NCBI GenBank assembly: GCA_035529455.1
Contig: DATKWQ010000022.1
Coordinates: 7,418 to 71,417, forward strand
DNA length: 64,000 bases
Source of the DNA: Thermoplasmata archaeon
GTDB lineage: Archaea; Thermoplasmatota; Thermoplasmata; UBA10834
Direction: 5' to 3'
The notes under the pieces were generated by a model. It ran no database searches, had not been told where the DNA came from, and saw only the letters and a list, made by a program, of their open reading frames with translations. The position numbers and the translations under genes are program-made. Below, piece by piece: positions 28,373-39,000 of the stretch. The number at the start of each line of letters is the position of its first letter. The first letter of the stretch is position 1.

Positions 28373-28843
28373 TCATCCGTCGAGGAACGAGCTGAGTAGC
28401 TGGATGGCCCTGGCGACCGCTTGGTCCTTGACGGATGTGCGCGTGCCTTCGAACACATATCTCACGCACTCTGTACGTTCAGGGGAGCAGACCGCGACAT
28501 AGACAAGTCCGATTGGCTTGGTGGGAGTCGCCCCGGTCGGTCCAGCGATGCCTGTTATCCCGATGCCGACATCGGCGCCGAACAGCCTCATGACGCCTTG
28601 CGCCATCATCCCCGCCGCTTTCTCGCTCACTGCACCCTCTTCAAGGATGACGGATCTGTCGACGCCTAGGAGGTCGACCTTCGCGTCGTTGCTGTACGAG
28701 ATCACACCTCCAATGAAATAGTCGCTGCTCCCTGGGGCGTCTGTTAGCGCGTCCCCGAGCCTTCCGCCAGTGCAGGACTCGGCGACCGCGACGGTCCTCC
28801 TCGAATCCCGCAGCTTCGCCCCGACATCGCTACTTGCGGACAC
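28373..28843 (-). CDS. CinA C-terminal domain protein / NMN amidohydrolase (PncC-like)
   Basis: VAVAESCTGGRLGDALTDAPGSSDYFIGGVISYSNDAK...GITGIAGP; GTG start; overlaps the nadM 3' end by 14 nt. Confidence 0.75.
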   Translation of the reverse strand: MSASSDVGAKLRDSRRTVAVAESCTGGRLGDALTDAPGSSDYFIGGVISYSNDAKVDLLGVDRSVILEEGAVSEKAAGMMAQGVMRLFGADVGIGITGIAGPTGATPTKPIGLVYVAVCSPERTECVRYVFEGTRTSVKDQAVARAIQLLSSFLDG

Positions 28844-29372
28844 GGGACCTCCCGGTCACGCCGTCCGTGGCCTTGCCCTCCGCGGCCCTCAGGCGCCCCC
28901 TGACATCTAGTTCGTCGACCATGAGAGACACAGAAGCGGGGACCAGGTTTTTCCATCTGCCCCCTTCGGCTATCCTTCTCCGGATCTCCGACCCATTGTA
29001 CAACTTAGGGTTGTACGCCTTCGTCTTCCTCACGTCGTAGCCGACCTGGGAGAACAAAGAGCGAGTAATCGGACTGTTGGAGAAGACGGCGTCGAACGGC
29101 GGCACGTAGGATTCGATGTGGTTGACCCATATCGAGTACCTGTTGATGTCCCTCACCGGGATTATGTGGATGCGTTTGTGCTCTTTCCGCGGGAGGGACG
29201 ACAGGATCATCTGATATCTCTCGCTCGCGGTCAAAGGGTTCTTCCAGGTGTGCGATTCCTCCGCGCTGCCAATCACAATTATGAGCTCGTCGCACTTTGA
29301 CAACACCTCCTCGACAGCTTGGAGGTGGCCCTTGTGAAAAGGCTGGAACCTTCCGACGACGAGAGCGCGCAT
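28830..29372 (-). CDS. nadM: Archaeal nicotinamide-nucleotide adenylyltransferase
   Basis: MRALVVGRFQPFHKGHLQAVEEVL (H/T-x-G-H nucleotidyltransferase motif), 180 aa, typical archaeal NMNAT. Confidence 0.8.
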   Translation of the reverse strand: MRALVVGRFQPFHKGHLQAVEEVLSKCDELIIVIGSAEESHTWKNPLTASERYQMILSSLPRKEHKRIHIIPVRDINRYSIWVNHIESYVPPFDAVFSNSPITRSLFSQVGYDVRKTKAYNPKLYNGSEIRRRIAEGGRWKNLVPASVSLMVDELDVRGRLRAAEGKATDGVTGRSRVRK

Positions 29373-29402
29373 GACCGTAACCGTATCACGGCCCCCCTGT
29401 CA

Positions 29403-31403
29403 TCAGTTCGCCGCAGGCCTCTCAACGCCTGTTGCTGTCGTCACAGAGGGGGTCTTGGAGACTACAGACGTCCGTCTGCTTGTAGCGACCAGAGCGGCCA
29501 ACTTCTTCAACAGCCCCTCCTTCTTGGCCCCCACCAGCGCATGAGAGAGAACATCGTTCAGCGTCCTGACTGGGATCACCTCGATGAGGCCGAGGTACTT
29601 GTCTTCCAAGATCACGTCCTTCAAGTTCTGCTCAGGAATGAGGACCTTCTTGAGGCCCATCTCAGCCGCCGCCTCTATCTTCGCCGTGACGCCGCCGACA
29701 GGGAGCACCTGGCCGCGGACGCTCAGGCTGCCGGTCATCGCTACGCTCTGGTCAACCTCGATCTCTTCGAATGCGGAGATGACAGATGTCGCCACTGCAA
29801 TAGACGCGCTGTCGCCCTCAATACCGTCATATGTGCCAATGAACTGAACATGGATGTCGTGACTCGTGATGTCCTCTTCTGTGTATTTCTTTATCAGAGC
29901 CGATACATTCTGGACCGACTCCTTGGCTATCTCGCCCAGCTTCCCGGTGGCGATTATCCGTCCGCTCTCCCTGTTCTGAGAGGGCGTGACCTCCGCCACA
30001 ATCGGAGTGACTATCCCGGAGAACTCCGCCATCGAGGAGTCGGCATTCAACACCGCCAGACCGTTCACAATGCCAATGACAGACCCCTCCGTCAGGCACA
30101 TCTGGTAGTCCTTCCTCCGCTCGACGACCCTGTCCGTGACCTGCTGTTCAAGGGACCGAGCGGTCAACTTGGCCTCGGTGACATGCTTAGCCTCCACGTA
30201 CTCCGCGCCTCGCTCACGAGCCACGTCACCGGCGACCCTGACGAGACCGCCCAATTCACGAAGTCTCAAGGTGAGCATCCCCCGACGTCCAGACCGGCGC
30301 TGCGCCTCGCGTATTATCTCGCTCACGGCGCCCATCGTGAAGTGAGGTATCTTCTTGTCTTTCGACACCTCCTGTGCGACGAATCTCAGGAGCTTCTCCC
30401 GGTTGTCGTCCGTGTCGGGCATCGTGCTCCTCATGTATATCTCGTAGCCGTAGCCACGAACCCTTGACCGCAGAGCTGGATGCATGCCGGCAACCGCGTC
30501 GAGGTTGCCTGCAGCCACAAGTATGAAATCGCAAGGCACGGGCTCGCTCTTAACCATCGCTCCCGAGCTGCGTTCGCTCTGGCCAAGTATGCCGAACTCG
30601 CCCTCCTGAAGGGCCGTCAGCAGGCTCTGCTGGCTTTCCATCCTCAGGACGTTTATCTCATCGATGAACAGCACACCCTTGCTGGCTTTGTGTATAGCTC
30701 CCGGCTCCAGCCGCTCATGGGCTGGGGTCTCGAGCCCACCGCTCTGGAACGGGTCATGCTTGACGTCACCTAGTAGGGCGCCCGCGTGTGAGCCCGTCGC
30801 ATCTATGAACGGAGGGGCATCATCCAGAGTGTGAGTGATCAGGAGCTTTGGGACGATGAGTGCCTCCCGCCTCTGGCCGGTCATGTATCGGAATATCATG
30901 AATATGAACAGGGAACCGATTATGCCTATCAACAACAGGGTCGGGTCGCCATACACGACAAACATCATGACGGATAGCATCAGGAAGACGAACACCATGG
31001 CAATCGTCCATTGGTTCCTCTCCTTCTTCTTCTGCTCGGCCTCCGCCTTCTGAGCCTGGACTATCTCCTTTCCCTTTCCCGCCGGCACGATCCTGACCTT
31101 CGGTTCGTTGTTGTCGTCGGGGTTGTGGTAGGCGATGACGTCCTGCATCTCGCCCTTGGGCAGGAAGTCCACCATTGACCTGGCGAGCATGGACTTGCCC
31201 GTTCCGGGGTCACCTATGAGGATGACATGGCGTTTCTGCTCCGCGGCCTTCCTGATGACCTTGACCGCCTCCTCCTGTCCTATGACCTGTTCCACAAGCT
31301 TGGGAGGTATCTCTATCTCGTCGGTCGACTTGTAATTATGACCCTTTATCCACTCGTCGATATCGGGCAGGCCCAAGGTGGCCCTAGAATCAACATCGCC
31401 CAT
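29403..31403 (-). CDS. lonB: Archaeal membrane-bound ATP-dependent Lon protease (LonB)
   Basis: AAA+ GDPGTGKSM; two TM helices inserted in the ATPase domain ([19 protein letters not shown]...[13 protein letters not shown]); Lon protease domain with catalytic Ser in [39 protein letters not shown]. Confidence 0.9.
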   Translation of the reverse strand: MGDVDSRATLGLPDIDEWIKGHNYKSTDEIEIPPKLVEQVIGQEEAVKVIRKAAEQKRHVILIGDPGTGKSMLARSMVDFLPKGEMQDVIAYHNPDDNNEPKVRIVPAGKGKEIVQAQKAEAEQKKKERNQWTIAMVFVFLMLSVMMFVVYGDPTLLLIGIIGSLFIFMIFRYMTGQRREALIVPKLLITHTLDDAPPFIDATGSHAGALLGDVKHDPFQSGGLETPAHERLEPGAIHKASKGVLFIDEINVLRMESQQSLLTALQEGEFGILGQSERSSGAMVKSEPVPCDFILVAAGNLDAVAGMHPALRSRVRGYGYEIYMRSTMPDTDDNREKLLRFVAQEVSKDKKIPHFTMGAVSEIIREAQRRSGRRGMLTLRLRELGGLVRVAGDVARERGAEYVEAKHVTEAKLTARSLEQQVTDRVVERRKDYQMCLTEGSVIGIVNGLAVLNADSSMAEFSGIVTPIVAEVTPSQNRESGRIIATGKLGEIAKESVQNVSALIKKYTEEDITSHDIHVQFIGTYDGIEGDSASIAVATSVISAFEEIEVDQSVAMTGSLSVRGQVLPVGGVTAKIEAAAEMGLKKVLIPEQNLKDVILEDKYLGLIEVIPVRTLNDVLSHALVGAKKEGLLKKLAALVATSRRTSVVSKTPSVTTATGVERPAAN

Positions 31404-31581
31404 CAGACTGCACCAGTACCTAAGCTTCCTATTAGGCTAGTGCTAAATAAGCGTTGCGCCATGAAAATCCGTCGGGTACGCTGAGCCAGTACGTTCGCAC
31501 ACCCGAGGAGAGCTTATTCATTTCAAGGCAACAAATATTAGCTGTCGGCCCATCTCATGGCCGAAGCGGTTCAGAGGGAAG

Positions 31582-33753
31582 ATGACGAAGCTCAGCGACC
31601 TTGGCATTGATGGACGGATTGTCGACCGCCTTTTAGAGGACGGCATAGAGGAACTCTATCCGCCGCAGGCAGAGGCCATCGTGCCCGCGCTTGCCGGTAA
31701 GAACACGGTGTTGTCGATCCCGACCGCTTCGGGGAAGAGCCTGGTAGCATACCTGGCGATACTGAACAGCGTGCTCAAAGGGGGGAAGGCGTTGTACATC
31801 GTCCCGCTCAAAGCGCTCGCCTCTGAGAAGTTCGAGGAACTCAGCAAATTCGAGGACCTCGGCCTCAAGATAGGCGAGTCGACGGGTGACTACGATGGCA
31901 TCGATCCGAAACTGAGCACGTACGACATCGTCGTCGCGACCTCCGAGAAGGTCGACTCCCTTCTCCGTCACCGAAACAGTTGGCTCAAGCAGATAACAGT
32001 CGTCGTCGCCGACGAGGTACACCTTATAAACGACCCGGATAGAGGGCCCACGCTGGAGGTGATCCTTGTCAAGTTCAGGACATTCAATCCAGACGCACAA
32101 TTGGTGGCACTGTCGGCGACGATACGCAACTGCTCAGAGCTGTCGGACTGGCTCGACGCTGAGCTGATCATGAGCGACTGGAGGCCCGTGCCTTTGAGAG
32201 AAGGCGTCTGCTCGGACGGCGAGATATTCTTCACGGACAACACGCGCAGAAAGCTCCCGCAGAATATCAGTCCCATCCACAGCATCGTCTCTCAGACGCT
32301 CGATTCAGGGGGGCAGTGCCTCGTATTCGTGAACACGCGTCGTTCCACAGAGGCGCTCGCGTTGGAACTCGGTCCCCTCGTGAAGGGCAAGATGGGGGAC
32401 CGCATAGAAGGCATAAGCGAGGGAGCCAAACGGCTTGCTAGCGACCAGGAGGAGCCGACATCGCTCGGCAGCAAGCTATCGAAGAGCCTCAGGAACGGCT
32501 GCGCATTCCACCACGCTGGCCTCACAACACCCCAACGCAAGTTCGTGGAGTCGGGCTTCAGGAGCGGCAACATAGGGGTCATAACCGCGACGCCGACTCT
32601 GGCGGCTGGCATCAACCTGCCTGCCAGGACAGTGATAGTCCGCGACGTCCGAAGATACGATTCAAACATAGGCTATGTCGCGGTACCTGTACTCGAAGTC
32701 AAACAGATGTGTGGGAGAGCTGGGAGGCCGAGATACGACCCGTACGGAGAAGCTATACTCATCGCCAGGAGCGAGGAGGAGCGCAGGTTCATGTTGGACA
32801 CCTATCTCCTGGGGGAGAATGAGAACTTATATTCGAAACTGGGGACCGAACCGGCCATCCGGTCGCACGTGTTGGGTCTCATCGCCACGGGGGACGCGGC
32901 GTCGCAGGAGGATCTCATGGGATTCTTCGACAAGACGTTCCTCGCTCATCAGACAGACGCGCATCACCTTGAGGAGAACATCTCGAAGGTGGTCACGTTC
33001 CTCAGGGACGAGGGCATGATAGAGGGAACGGACACTCTGCGGACCACGCTGTTCGGCAAGAGGGTGAGCGATGTGTATATCGACCCCAAATCAGCCGTTA
33101 CCATGAGAGACGCGGTCCGCGACCGCACGACGTTCGCAGACTTCGGCCTCATCCATGCCGTCTGCGCTGTTCCCGACATGACACTCATGTATCTGAGGAG
33201 GTCCGACTACGAGTGGGTCGAGGACTTCGTGGAGGAGAAGCGAGGCGACCTGCTGATCGAGCCTCCCTCTGACCTCGACGGGTACGAGTTCTTCCTGTCT
33301 GAGATAAAGACCGCAAAGCTGATACACGACTGGATTTCAGAGGTCAGCGAGAACGCGATGGAGAAGGCGTATGGCATCGGACCAGGAGACATCCGCAACA
33401 AGGTCGAGCTGGCGAAGTGGCTGACGCATGCAATGTATCGACTCGCTGGGTTGGTGAACGAGGATGCCGTACAGCAGATCGATGGTGTCAACAGAAGGAT
33501 AGCGTATGGCATAAAGTCAGAATTGCTCGAACTGGTTAAATTGAAGGGCGTGGGACGCGTTCGTGCAAGGGCGTTGTACAGCCGCGGCTTGAAGACTCTC
33601 GAGGACATCAGGAACACCTCGTACGACCGTCTCAGGCAGTTGCCCAGCATCGGGGACCAGGTGGCGGCATCCATCAAGAAGCAGCTTGGACAGTCCGAGC
33701 CTGGGATGCAACAGGAGACCGAGCCCGGACAGAAGTCTCTGAGGGAGTTCTAG
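31582..33753 (+). CDS. hel308: Hel308/Hjm Ski2-like DNA helicase
   Basis: LYPPQAEA, Walker A PTASGKS, DEVH box, 723 aa with C-terminal winged-helix/HhH-like domains typical of Hel308. Confidence 0.9.
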   Translation: MTKLSDLGIDGRIVDRLLEDGIEELYPPQAEAIVPALAGKNTVLSIPTASGKSLVAYLAILNSVLKGGKALYIVPLKALASEKFEELSKFEDLGLKIGESTGDYDGIDPKLSTYDIVVATSEKVDSLLRHRNSWLKQITVVVADEVHLINDPDRGPTLEVILVKFRTFNPDAQLVALSATIRNCSELSDWLDAELIMSDWRPVPLREGVCSDGEIFFTDNTRRKLPQNISPIHSIVSQTLDSGGQCLVFVNTRRSTEALALELGPLVKGKMGDRIEGISEGAKRLASDQEEPTSLGSKLSKSLRNGCAFHHAGLTTPQRKFVESGFRSGNIGVITATPTLAAGINLPARTVIVRDVRRYDSNIGYVAVPVLEVKQMCGRAGRPRYDPYGEAILIARSEEERRFMLDTYLLGENENLYSKLGTEPAIRSHVLGLIATGDAASQEDLMGFFDKTFLAHQTDAHHLEENISKVVTFLRDEGMIEGTDTLRTTLFGKRVSDVYIDPKSAVTMRDAVRDRTTFADFGLIHAVCAVPDMTLMYLRRSDYEWVEDFVEEKRGDLLIEPPSDLDGYEFFLSEIKTAKLIHDWISEVSENAMEKAYGIGPGDIRNKVELAKWLTHAMYRLAGLVNEDAVQQIDGVNRRIAYGIKSELLELVKLKGVGRVRARALYSRGLKTLEDIRNTSYDRLRQLPSIGDQVAASIKKQLGQSEPGMQQETEPGQKSLREF

Positions 33754-33799
33754 ACACCGATACTTTTTAGCCTGATGGGCGGTCTATCCTCGAGTCAGC

Positions 33800-34318
33800 A
33801 TGTCCGAAGCAATGGAGTCCCCCTCAGTCGAGGGTCTGAACGCGTGGAGGATGGAGGCCAGACCTGGCGAGGCGAAAGGGGTGATGCAGGAGCTGCTGGA
33901 AGCGGCCAAGAAGACCGGCGCAGAGGTCCTCATCGTGGACGGGAAGCTGGTCTTCGGGTGGGAGCATCTCGCCAGCGCCATCTTCCATGCGCGGAAGGCC
34001 ATCGCCGAAGGGCGTAACTCCTCCGAGTCGCTGGCAATGGAATCGTTATTGTACGCTTCTGGAGAGAGACAGCTCAGCAGCGCGATCAAGAAGATGAGTG
34101 TCAGCGATGCCACGTCTTCAATCGTCGTCGTCCATCTCGAGGGAGGGGCCCTCTATCTGGGAAAGGAATGGGAGCCTCTGCCCAAGACATTCGCACCCGA
34201 GAGGGATGACCTCATCCAGTACGGTATCTCCGGTTCGGAGCTGAGCACCGTGGACTCGGGACGGCATGCGGACCTCGTGCTCGAGAGGGTCGCGGCGGTC
34301 GATGTCATCAAGAAGTGA
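33800..34318 (+). CDS. cgi121: KEOPS complex subunit Cgi121-like
   Basis: ...FGWEHLASAIFHARKAIAEG...ESLLYASGERQLSSAIKKM resembles my recollection of the archaeal Cgi121 L-x-R-A-SGQRQI-x-AI region. 172 aa as called; the start may be internal. Confidence 0.5.
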   Translation: MSEAMESPSVEGLNAWRMEARPGEAKGVMQELLEAAKKTGAEVLIVDGKLVFGWEHLASAIFHARKAIAEGRNSSESLAMESLLYASGERQLSSAIKKMSVSDATSSIVVVHLEGGALYLGKEWEPLPKTFAPERDDLIQYGISGSELSTVDSGRHADLVLERVAAVDVIKK

Positions 34319-34392
34319 CAGCTATCGATGCCTGGGCATGGCCATGAGCGATGTTATTATAATATGCCATGTAGCTCATTACTGAGACCACG

Positions 34393-35292
34393 ATGGGTGC
34401 TTTAGTCGAATGCGTCCCGAACTTCAGCGAGGGACGAAGGAAGGAGGTCGTCGAGCGTATCGTCTACTCGATAAGCTCAGTCCCAGGAATCAAAGTACTC
34501 GACGTCGAGATGGACGGCGACCACAATCGGTCGGTCGTCACGTTCGTTGGCAACAAGTCCAGCATCCAGGAGGGGGCGTTCAGAGGGGCCAGAGCCGCTG
34601 CTGAACTGATCGACCTCACTAAGCACGAGGGAGAGCATCCCCGGATGGGCGCGTTGGACGTCCTCCCGTTCGTGCCCATCAGGGGCGTCACGATGCGTGA
34701 ATGCGCGGACATCGCAGCCGCAGTCGGCGAGAGGATTGCCAGACAGCTCGCGATACCAGTCTATCTCTATGAGTCGGCGGCGAGGACCCCCGACAGGAAG
34801 AACCTCGAGAAGGTGCGAAAAGGTCAGTTCGAAGGACTAAGAGAGTCAATTGCCACTGACGATTCGAAATACCCCGATTTCGGGCCGAGACGAGTTCACC
34901 CCACCGCGGGCGCGACCGCCGTGGGAGCCAGAATGCCGCTCATAGCCTTCAACATCAACCTTGAATCCAAGGACCTACAGGCGGCAAAGGACATCGCCAA
35001 GGAGATAAGGGCCAGCAGCGGCGGGCTTCCGCACCTCAAAGCCCTGGGATTCGACCTCAAGGAGAAAGGAATTGTCCAAGTCTCAATGAACCTCACCGAC
35101 TACACCGTCACTCCGATATCACATGTCTTTGACGAGGTCAAGAAGAGGGCCGATGCCAGGGGCATCGAGATCGCAGGGAGCGAGATAATCGGGCTGATAC
35201 CGCTCGAGGCCGTATGCGACATAACAGCTAGATTCCTCAAGCTCGAGCAGTTCTCAAGCAGTCAAATCTTGGAGAGGCGGATCTGGTGTTGA
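34393..35292 (+). CDS. ftcD: Glutamate formimidoyltransferase (FtcD N-terminal formiminotransferase domain as a separate protein)
   Basis: MGALVECVPNFSEGRR...; 299 aa covering both formiminotransferase subdomains. Confidence 0.8.
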   Translation: MGALVECVPNFSEGRRKEVVERIVYSISSVPGIKVLDVEMDGDHNRSVVTFVGNKSSIQEGAFRGARAAAELIDLTKHEGEHPRMGALDVLPFVPIRGVTMRECADIAAAVGERIARQLAIPVYLYESAARTPDRKNLEKVRKGQFEGLRESIATDDSKYPDFGPRRVHPTAGATAVGARMPLIAFNINLESKDLQAAKDIAKEIRASSGGLPHLKALGFDLKEKGIVQVSMNLTDYTVTPISHVFDEVKKRADARGIEIAGSEIIGLIPLEAVCDITARFLKLEQFSSSQILERRIWC

Positions 35293-35906
35293 AGGACGTC
35301 AAAGGTCTGGATGAGTTCTGTGCGGAGCTGTCTTCAGACGAGCCATCGCCTGGAGGCGGAACGGCGTCCGCGGCGTCCGGCGCAATTGCTGCATCCCTTC
35401 TGGCGATGGTATGTCGCATAACCCGCAAGAGGAAGAAACACGAGGAACAGTGGCAGGAGCTCGATATGATGACCGACTCGCTCCTAACCCTCAGGGACGA
35501 GCTCGTGCAGCTCGCCATGGAGGATGCCAGGGCGTATGATGCGCTGGTGGAGGCGATGAGGAGACGGAAGGTGGAGACGACGACCGAGACAGAGGATGCC
35601 GTCAAGTCGGCCCTTGGCGGGGCCATCGAGGTGCCGCAGAAGACGGCAAGGGCCTGTGCGAGGATCCTCGAGATGTCATCCAGAGTCGCCGAGATAGGCG
35701 TACGAAGCGCATACTCGGATGTCGCTGTGGCCATACATCTCGCCGAGGCAGGCGTCAAAGGCGCCCTCGTGAACGTCAGCATCAACCTGGAGGGGTCAAA
35801 CGACCTCGAGTACGCGGAGGCCATGAAGAGAGATGTCAAGGACCAGTCAGACAGGGCGTCCCGGGCGGCGAAGGGGGCGCTGGACAAGCTGTCAGTGCCG
35901 AATTGA
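35286..35906 (+). CDS. Formimidoyltetrahydrofolate cyclodeaminase (FtcD C-terminal domain as a separate protein)
   Basis: SPGGGTASAASGAIAASLLAMVCRIT; 7-nt overlap with the upstream transferase gene. Confidence 0.75.
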   Translation: MLKDVKGLDEFCAELSSDEPSPGGGTASAASGAIAASLLAMVCRITRKRKKHEEQWQELDMMTDSLLTLRDELVQLAMEDARAYDALVEAMRRRKVETTTETEDAVKSALGGAIEVPQKTARACARILEMSSRVAEIGVRSAYSDVAVAIHLAEAGVKGALVNVSINLEGSNDLEYAEAMKRDVKDQSDRASRAAKGALDKLSVPN

Positions 35907-36050
35907 GGACTGCTGAACCCTGTTGACTCCCGTATCAGGATTGATAGAGATGACGATACCTTTAATACGAGCTACCAGAATGAGAACACCTACAGGTTCA
36001 GCCAGGGGACTCGGCACCCTCCGGCACAGACAACGGGAGCATGGTTTGAG

Positions 36051-39000
36051 TTGAGCGGCAATTATCTCAAGAGCCTTCAGCTTGCGAAGCAGCTAGAGCA
36101 GCGGGCGAAAGAGGCGACTCAGAACAAGAAGCTCGCCGAGGAGGAGCGCGATGCCATCCAGAAGTTCATCGACCTCTGCGAGGAGAGCGATGTCGACCTC
36201 GGTGATGTTGACAAGCTCCTTTCAGAATTCTCAGCCTCGATTAATGCGAAGGACTATCAGTCTGCCGTAGGTCATGCACGCAAGGCGATGGAATCAGCCC
36301 GAACCGCGTACATACGGAAAGTGGCGGACGTGGGCGACTCTGTCGACGCCCTCTTGAAGCTGATAAAAGGACCAGAAGCCGAATCAAAAGGCGCCCTTGA
36401 GATGCTCGATAAGAGCAAGAACCTCGTCATGAAGGACGACCTCCAGGGCGCGATGAAGCAGGCCAGGAGCGCCTACGATGCGGCCGAAAGGACTTTTCAC
36501 GAGTACTTCTCGTTGCGATTCTCACAGGCCCAGGAGATCATCAACCAGGCAAAGGACATGGGAGAAGATGTGAGCCTGTTCGAAGACCTCCTGAACCGTT
36601 CGAAATCCGCGTTGGAGAAGCAGGACTACGAGGGCGGGATCTCTCAGTTGACTGAAGCCCTTGAAGGGGCGGGCGAGAACCTCAAGGGACAGATCGAGGA
36701 AGCCATCTCCAAGGCGGACGACCTCTCCCGGGCGGGCCAAGACATCGGTGCCGACATGGAGAGGGTCACTGGGCACATGGAGCGCGCGAAGGCGGCGCTC
36801 GAGGGTCTGAGATATCGCGATGCCCTCAGCTACTCAAAGAGGGCCGAAAGCGACGCTGAGAAGGCGATATCCAACAGACTGACAGACCAGATACGAGACA
36901 TCAGAAGCGGCATCAAATCCATGAAGACCGTCGATGAGGACTCGAAGGAGACAAGGGACCTTCTGGACAACGCCCAGGAAGCGATTCGAGAGAAGGACTA
37001 TACAGCGGCCATCAGCTCGTTCAAGGACGCTAACAAGAAGATCAGAGACGTCCATTTCCAAGCGGTTCTCAGCGTCATAGCCAAGGCCAAAGACAAGTTC
37101 GTCCTCGCGAAGAAGGTCGGGGTCGACATGAGCAAGGCGATAGAATTGCTCAACAAATCGAGGGCGAGCCTTCGCAAGGACGAGTTCGAGAACGCCATCA
37201 AGCTGGCGGAGGAGAGCGAGGACGCCGTGGAAACGGCCCTTCAGCTTTTCTACAGAGCCCGTGACGAGCTCGTGGAGCTGACCAAAGTCATCAAATTGAT
37301 GAAAGGGCTGAACATAGACATACAGGAAGTGAAGCTTCGCCTTGACGAGGCGAAGAAGTCCTTCGAGAAAAAGGATTATGAGAGCTCCTCAAAGGCACTC
37401 TCTGAGGGCATATCAGCTGGGAGGAACAAGATTCACGAGGTCGTCGTCAGCAAGACAGACATGGCGGATGGCGCCATCAAGCTTGGGAAGTCAATAGGCG
37501 CAGAGGTGGCAGAGGCAGAGATGGCATTCCAGAAGGCTGCCGAGTCTATGACCGGCGAGGACCTCGCCAAGTCGATCAAGCTCGCAGAGGAGAGTCTGGA
37601 CGCGGCCAACAACGCCATCTCATCCGCCCTGAATGCACGATTACGCAGCCTCGAGGAATTCATCGACGGTTTCGAGAAGAAAGACGACAGCATGGATGGC
37701 GTCAGAGAACAGATTGCGGCCGCAAGGAAGCACATCGAGGCAGGCGAGTTCGAGGAGACCAACGAAATTGTCAGCAGCGTGACCAGAAGCCTTGAGAACG
37801 TCGGCAAAGAGGAATGCGAGAGGCTGATGGCGACCGTCAATGAGAAGGTCGATATCGCCAGGTCGATTGATGTCGACACGAAAGCCATCGAAGAGTTGCT
37901 CTCTGAGGTGGACGGACTACTCGAATCGAAAGCATATGACGACGCCATGGTGAAGATCAAAGGAGCCATAGAGAAGGTCGACGAGGCGTCGTTCAGGATT
38001 CTTCAGGCGGAGTTCTCCTCGATAAAAGGCACAATCGAGGAGGCGAAAGCCCTCGAGATGGATGTCAGCGACATCAAGGACCGGCTCACCGAAGCGAGGA
38101 TCAAGGCAGAATCGCACAACTACAAGGAATCGCACGATCTGACTGTGGTCATCAAAGCAGCCATCAGCGACAGAGTGTCCATGCACGACGCGATCAAGGA
38201 GAGGATCCGCAGAGCGGAAGGACTCATACAGGAAGCCGCGCAGAGCAAAGCGGACGTTTCCGGGCTGGGCGAGGAGCTCAAGAAAGCTATCGGCGTCTTC
38301 GAGGAAGGACGTCTTGACGAGGCAGGGTCCGAGCTCGATGCCCTGATAGACGAGACGGAGAAGCGTCTCGCAATGTACCTCGCCGCCAAACTGATACTCG
38401 CATCCAAGGAGAGCATTGAGCTCTCCGTGTCCCATGGAATCGACGTAGAGGAGGCACAGAACCTCCTCTCCAAGGCCAAGGAGGAGATGAAGGACAAGAG
38501 CTACGATGTGGCCCTCGAACTCAGCAAGATGTCCAGCGAAATGTCCGCTGCGGCTTTGGCCAAGGGCGTCGACGAACTGATAAAGGATGTCCGCAGGATC
38601 GTCGCCGAGGCGAAGAACGTCAGCATGGACACGGTTGGCCCGGACAAGCTGGTCGAGAAAGCGGTCGAACTCTCAAAGGAGGGCGACTATGCCGGGGCAC
38701 TCAGGTGCGTAGATTCGGCCAAGGAGGATGTTGACCATGTCCGAAACCTCAACGCTCAGGCTACAGCGGAGATAAGGTCCGCCAGAACCAGCCTCAAAGA
38801 GGCAGAGATGCTCAACATGGATATTGGTCAATCACGCGAGATGTTGGAGCAGGCTGTTGAGGCGTTGACGAGGCACCAGTACGCAATCGCGATAGAGCTG
38901 GCGAAGAAATCCTCCGAGACCTCGATGGAAATCACAAAGACCAGCGTATGGAAGACCCTTGAGGAGTTCAAGGACAAGATCGACAAGGCATCAGAGGAAG

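Noticed and set aside
29319-30467. 382-aa ORF antisense to lonB
   Set aside because: Arg/Leu/His-rich shadow ORF opposite a well-supported LonB gene.
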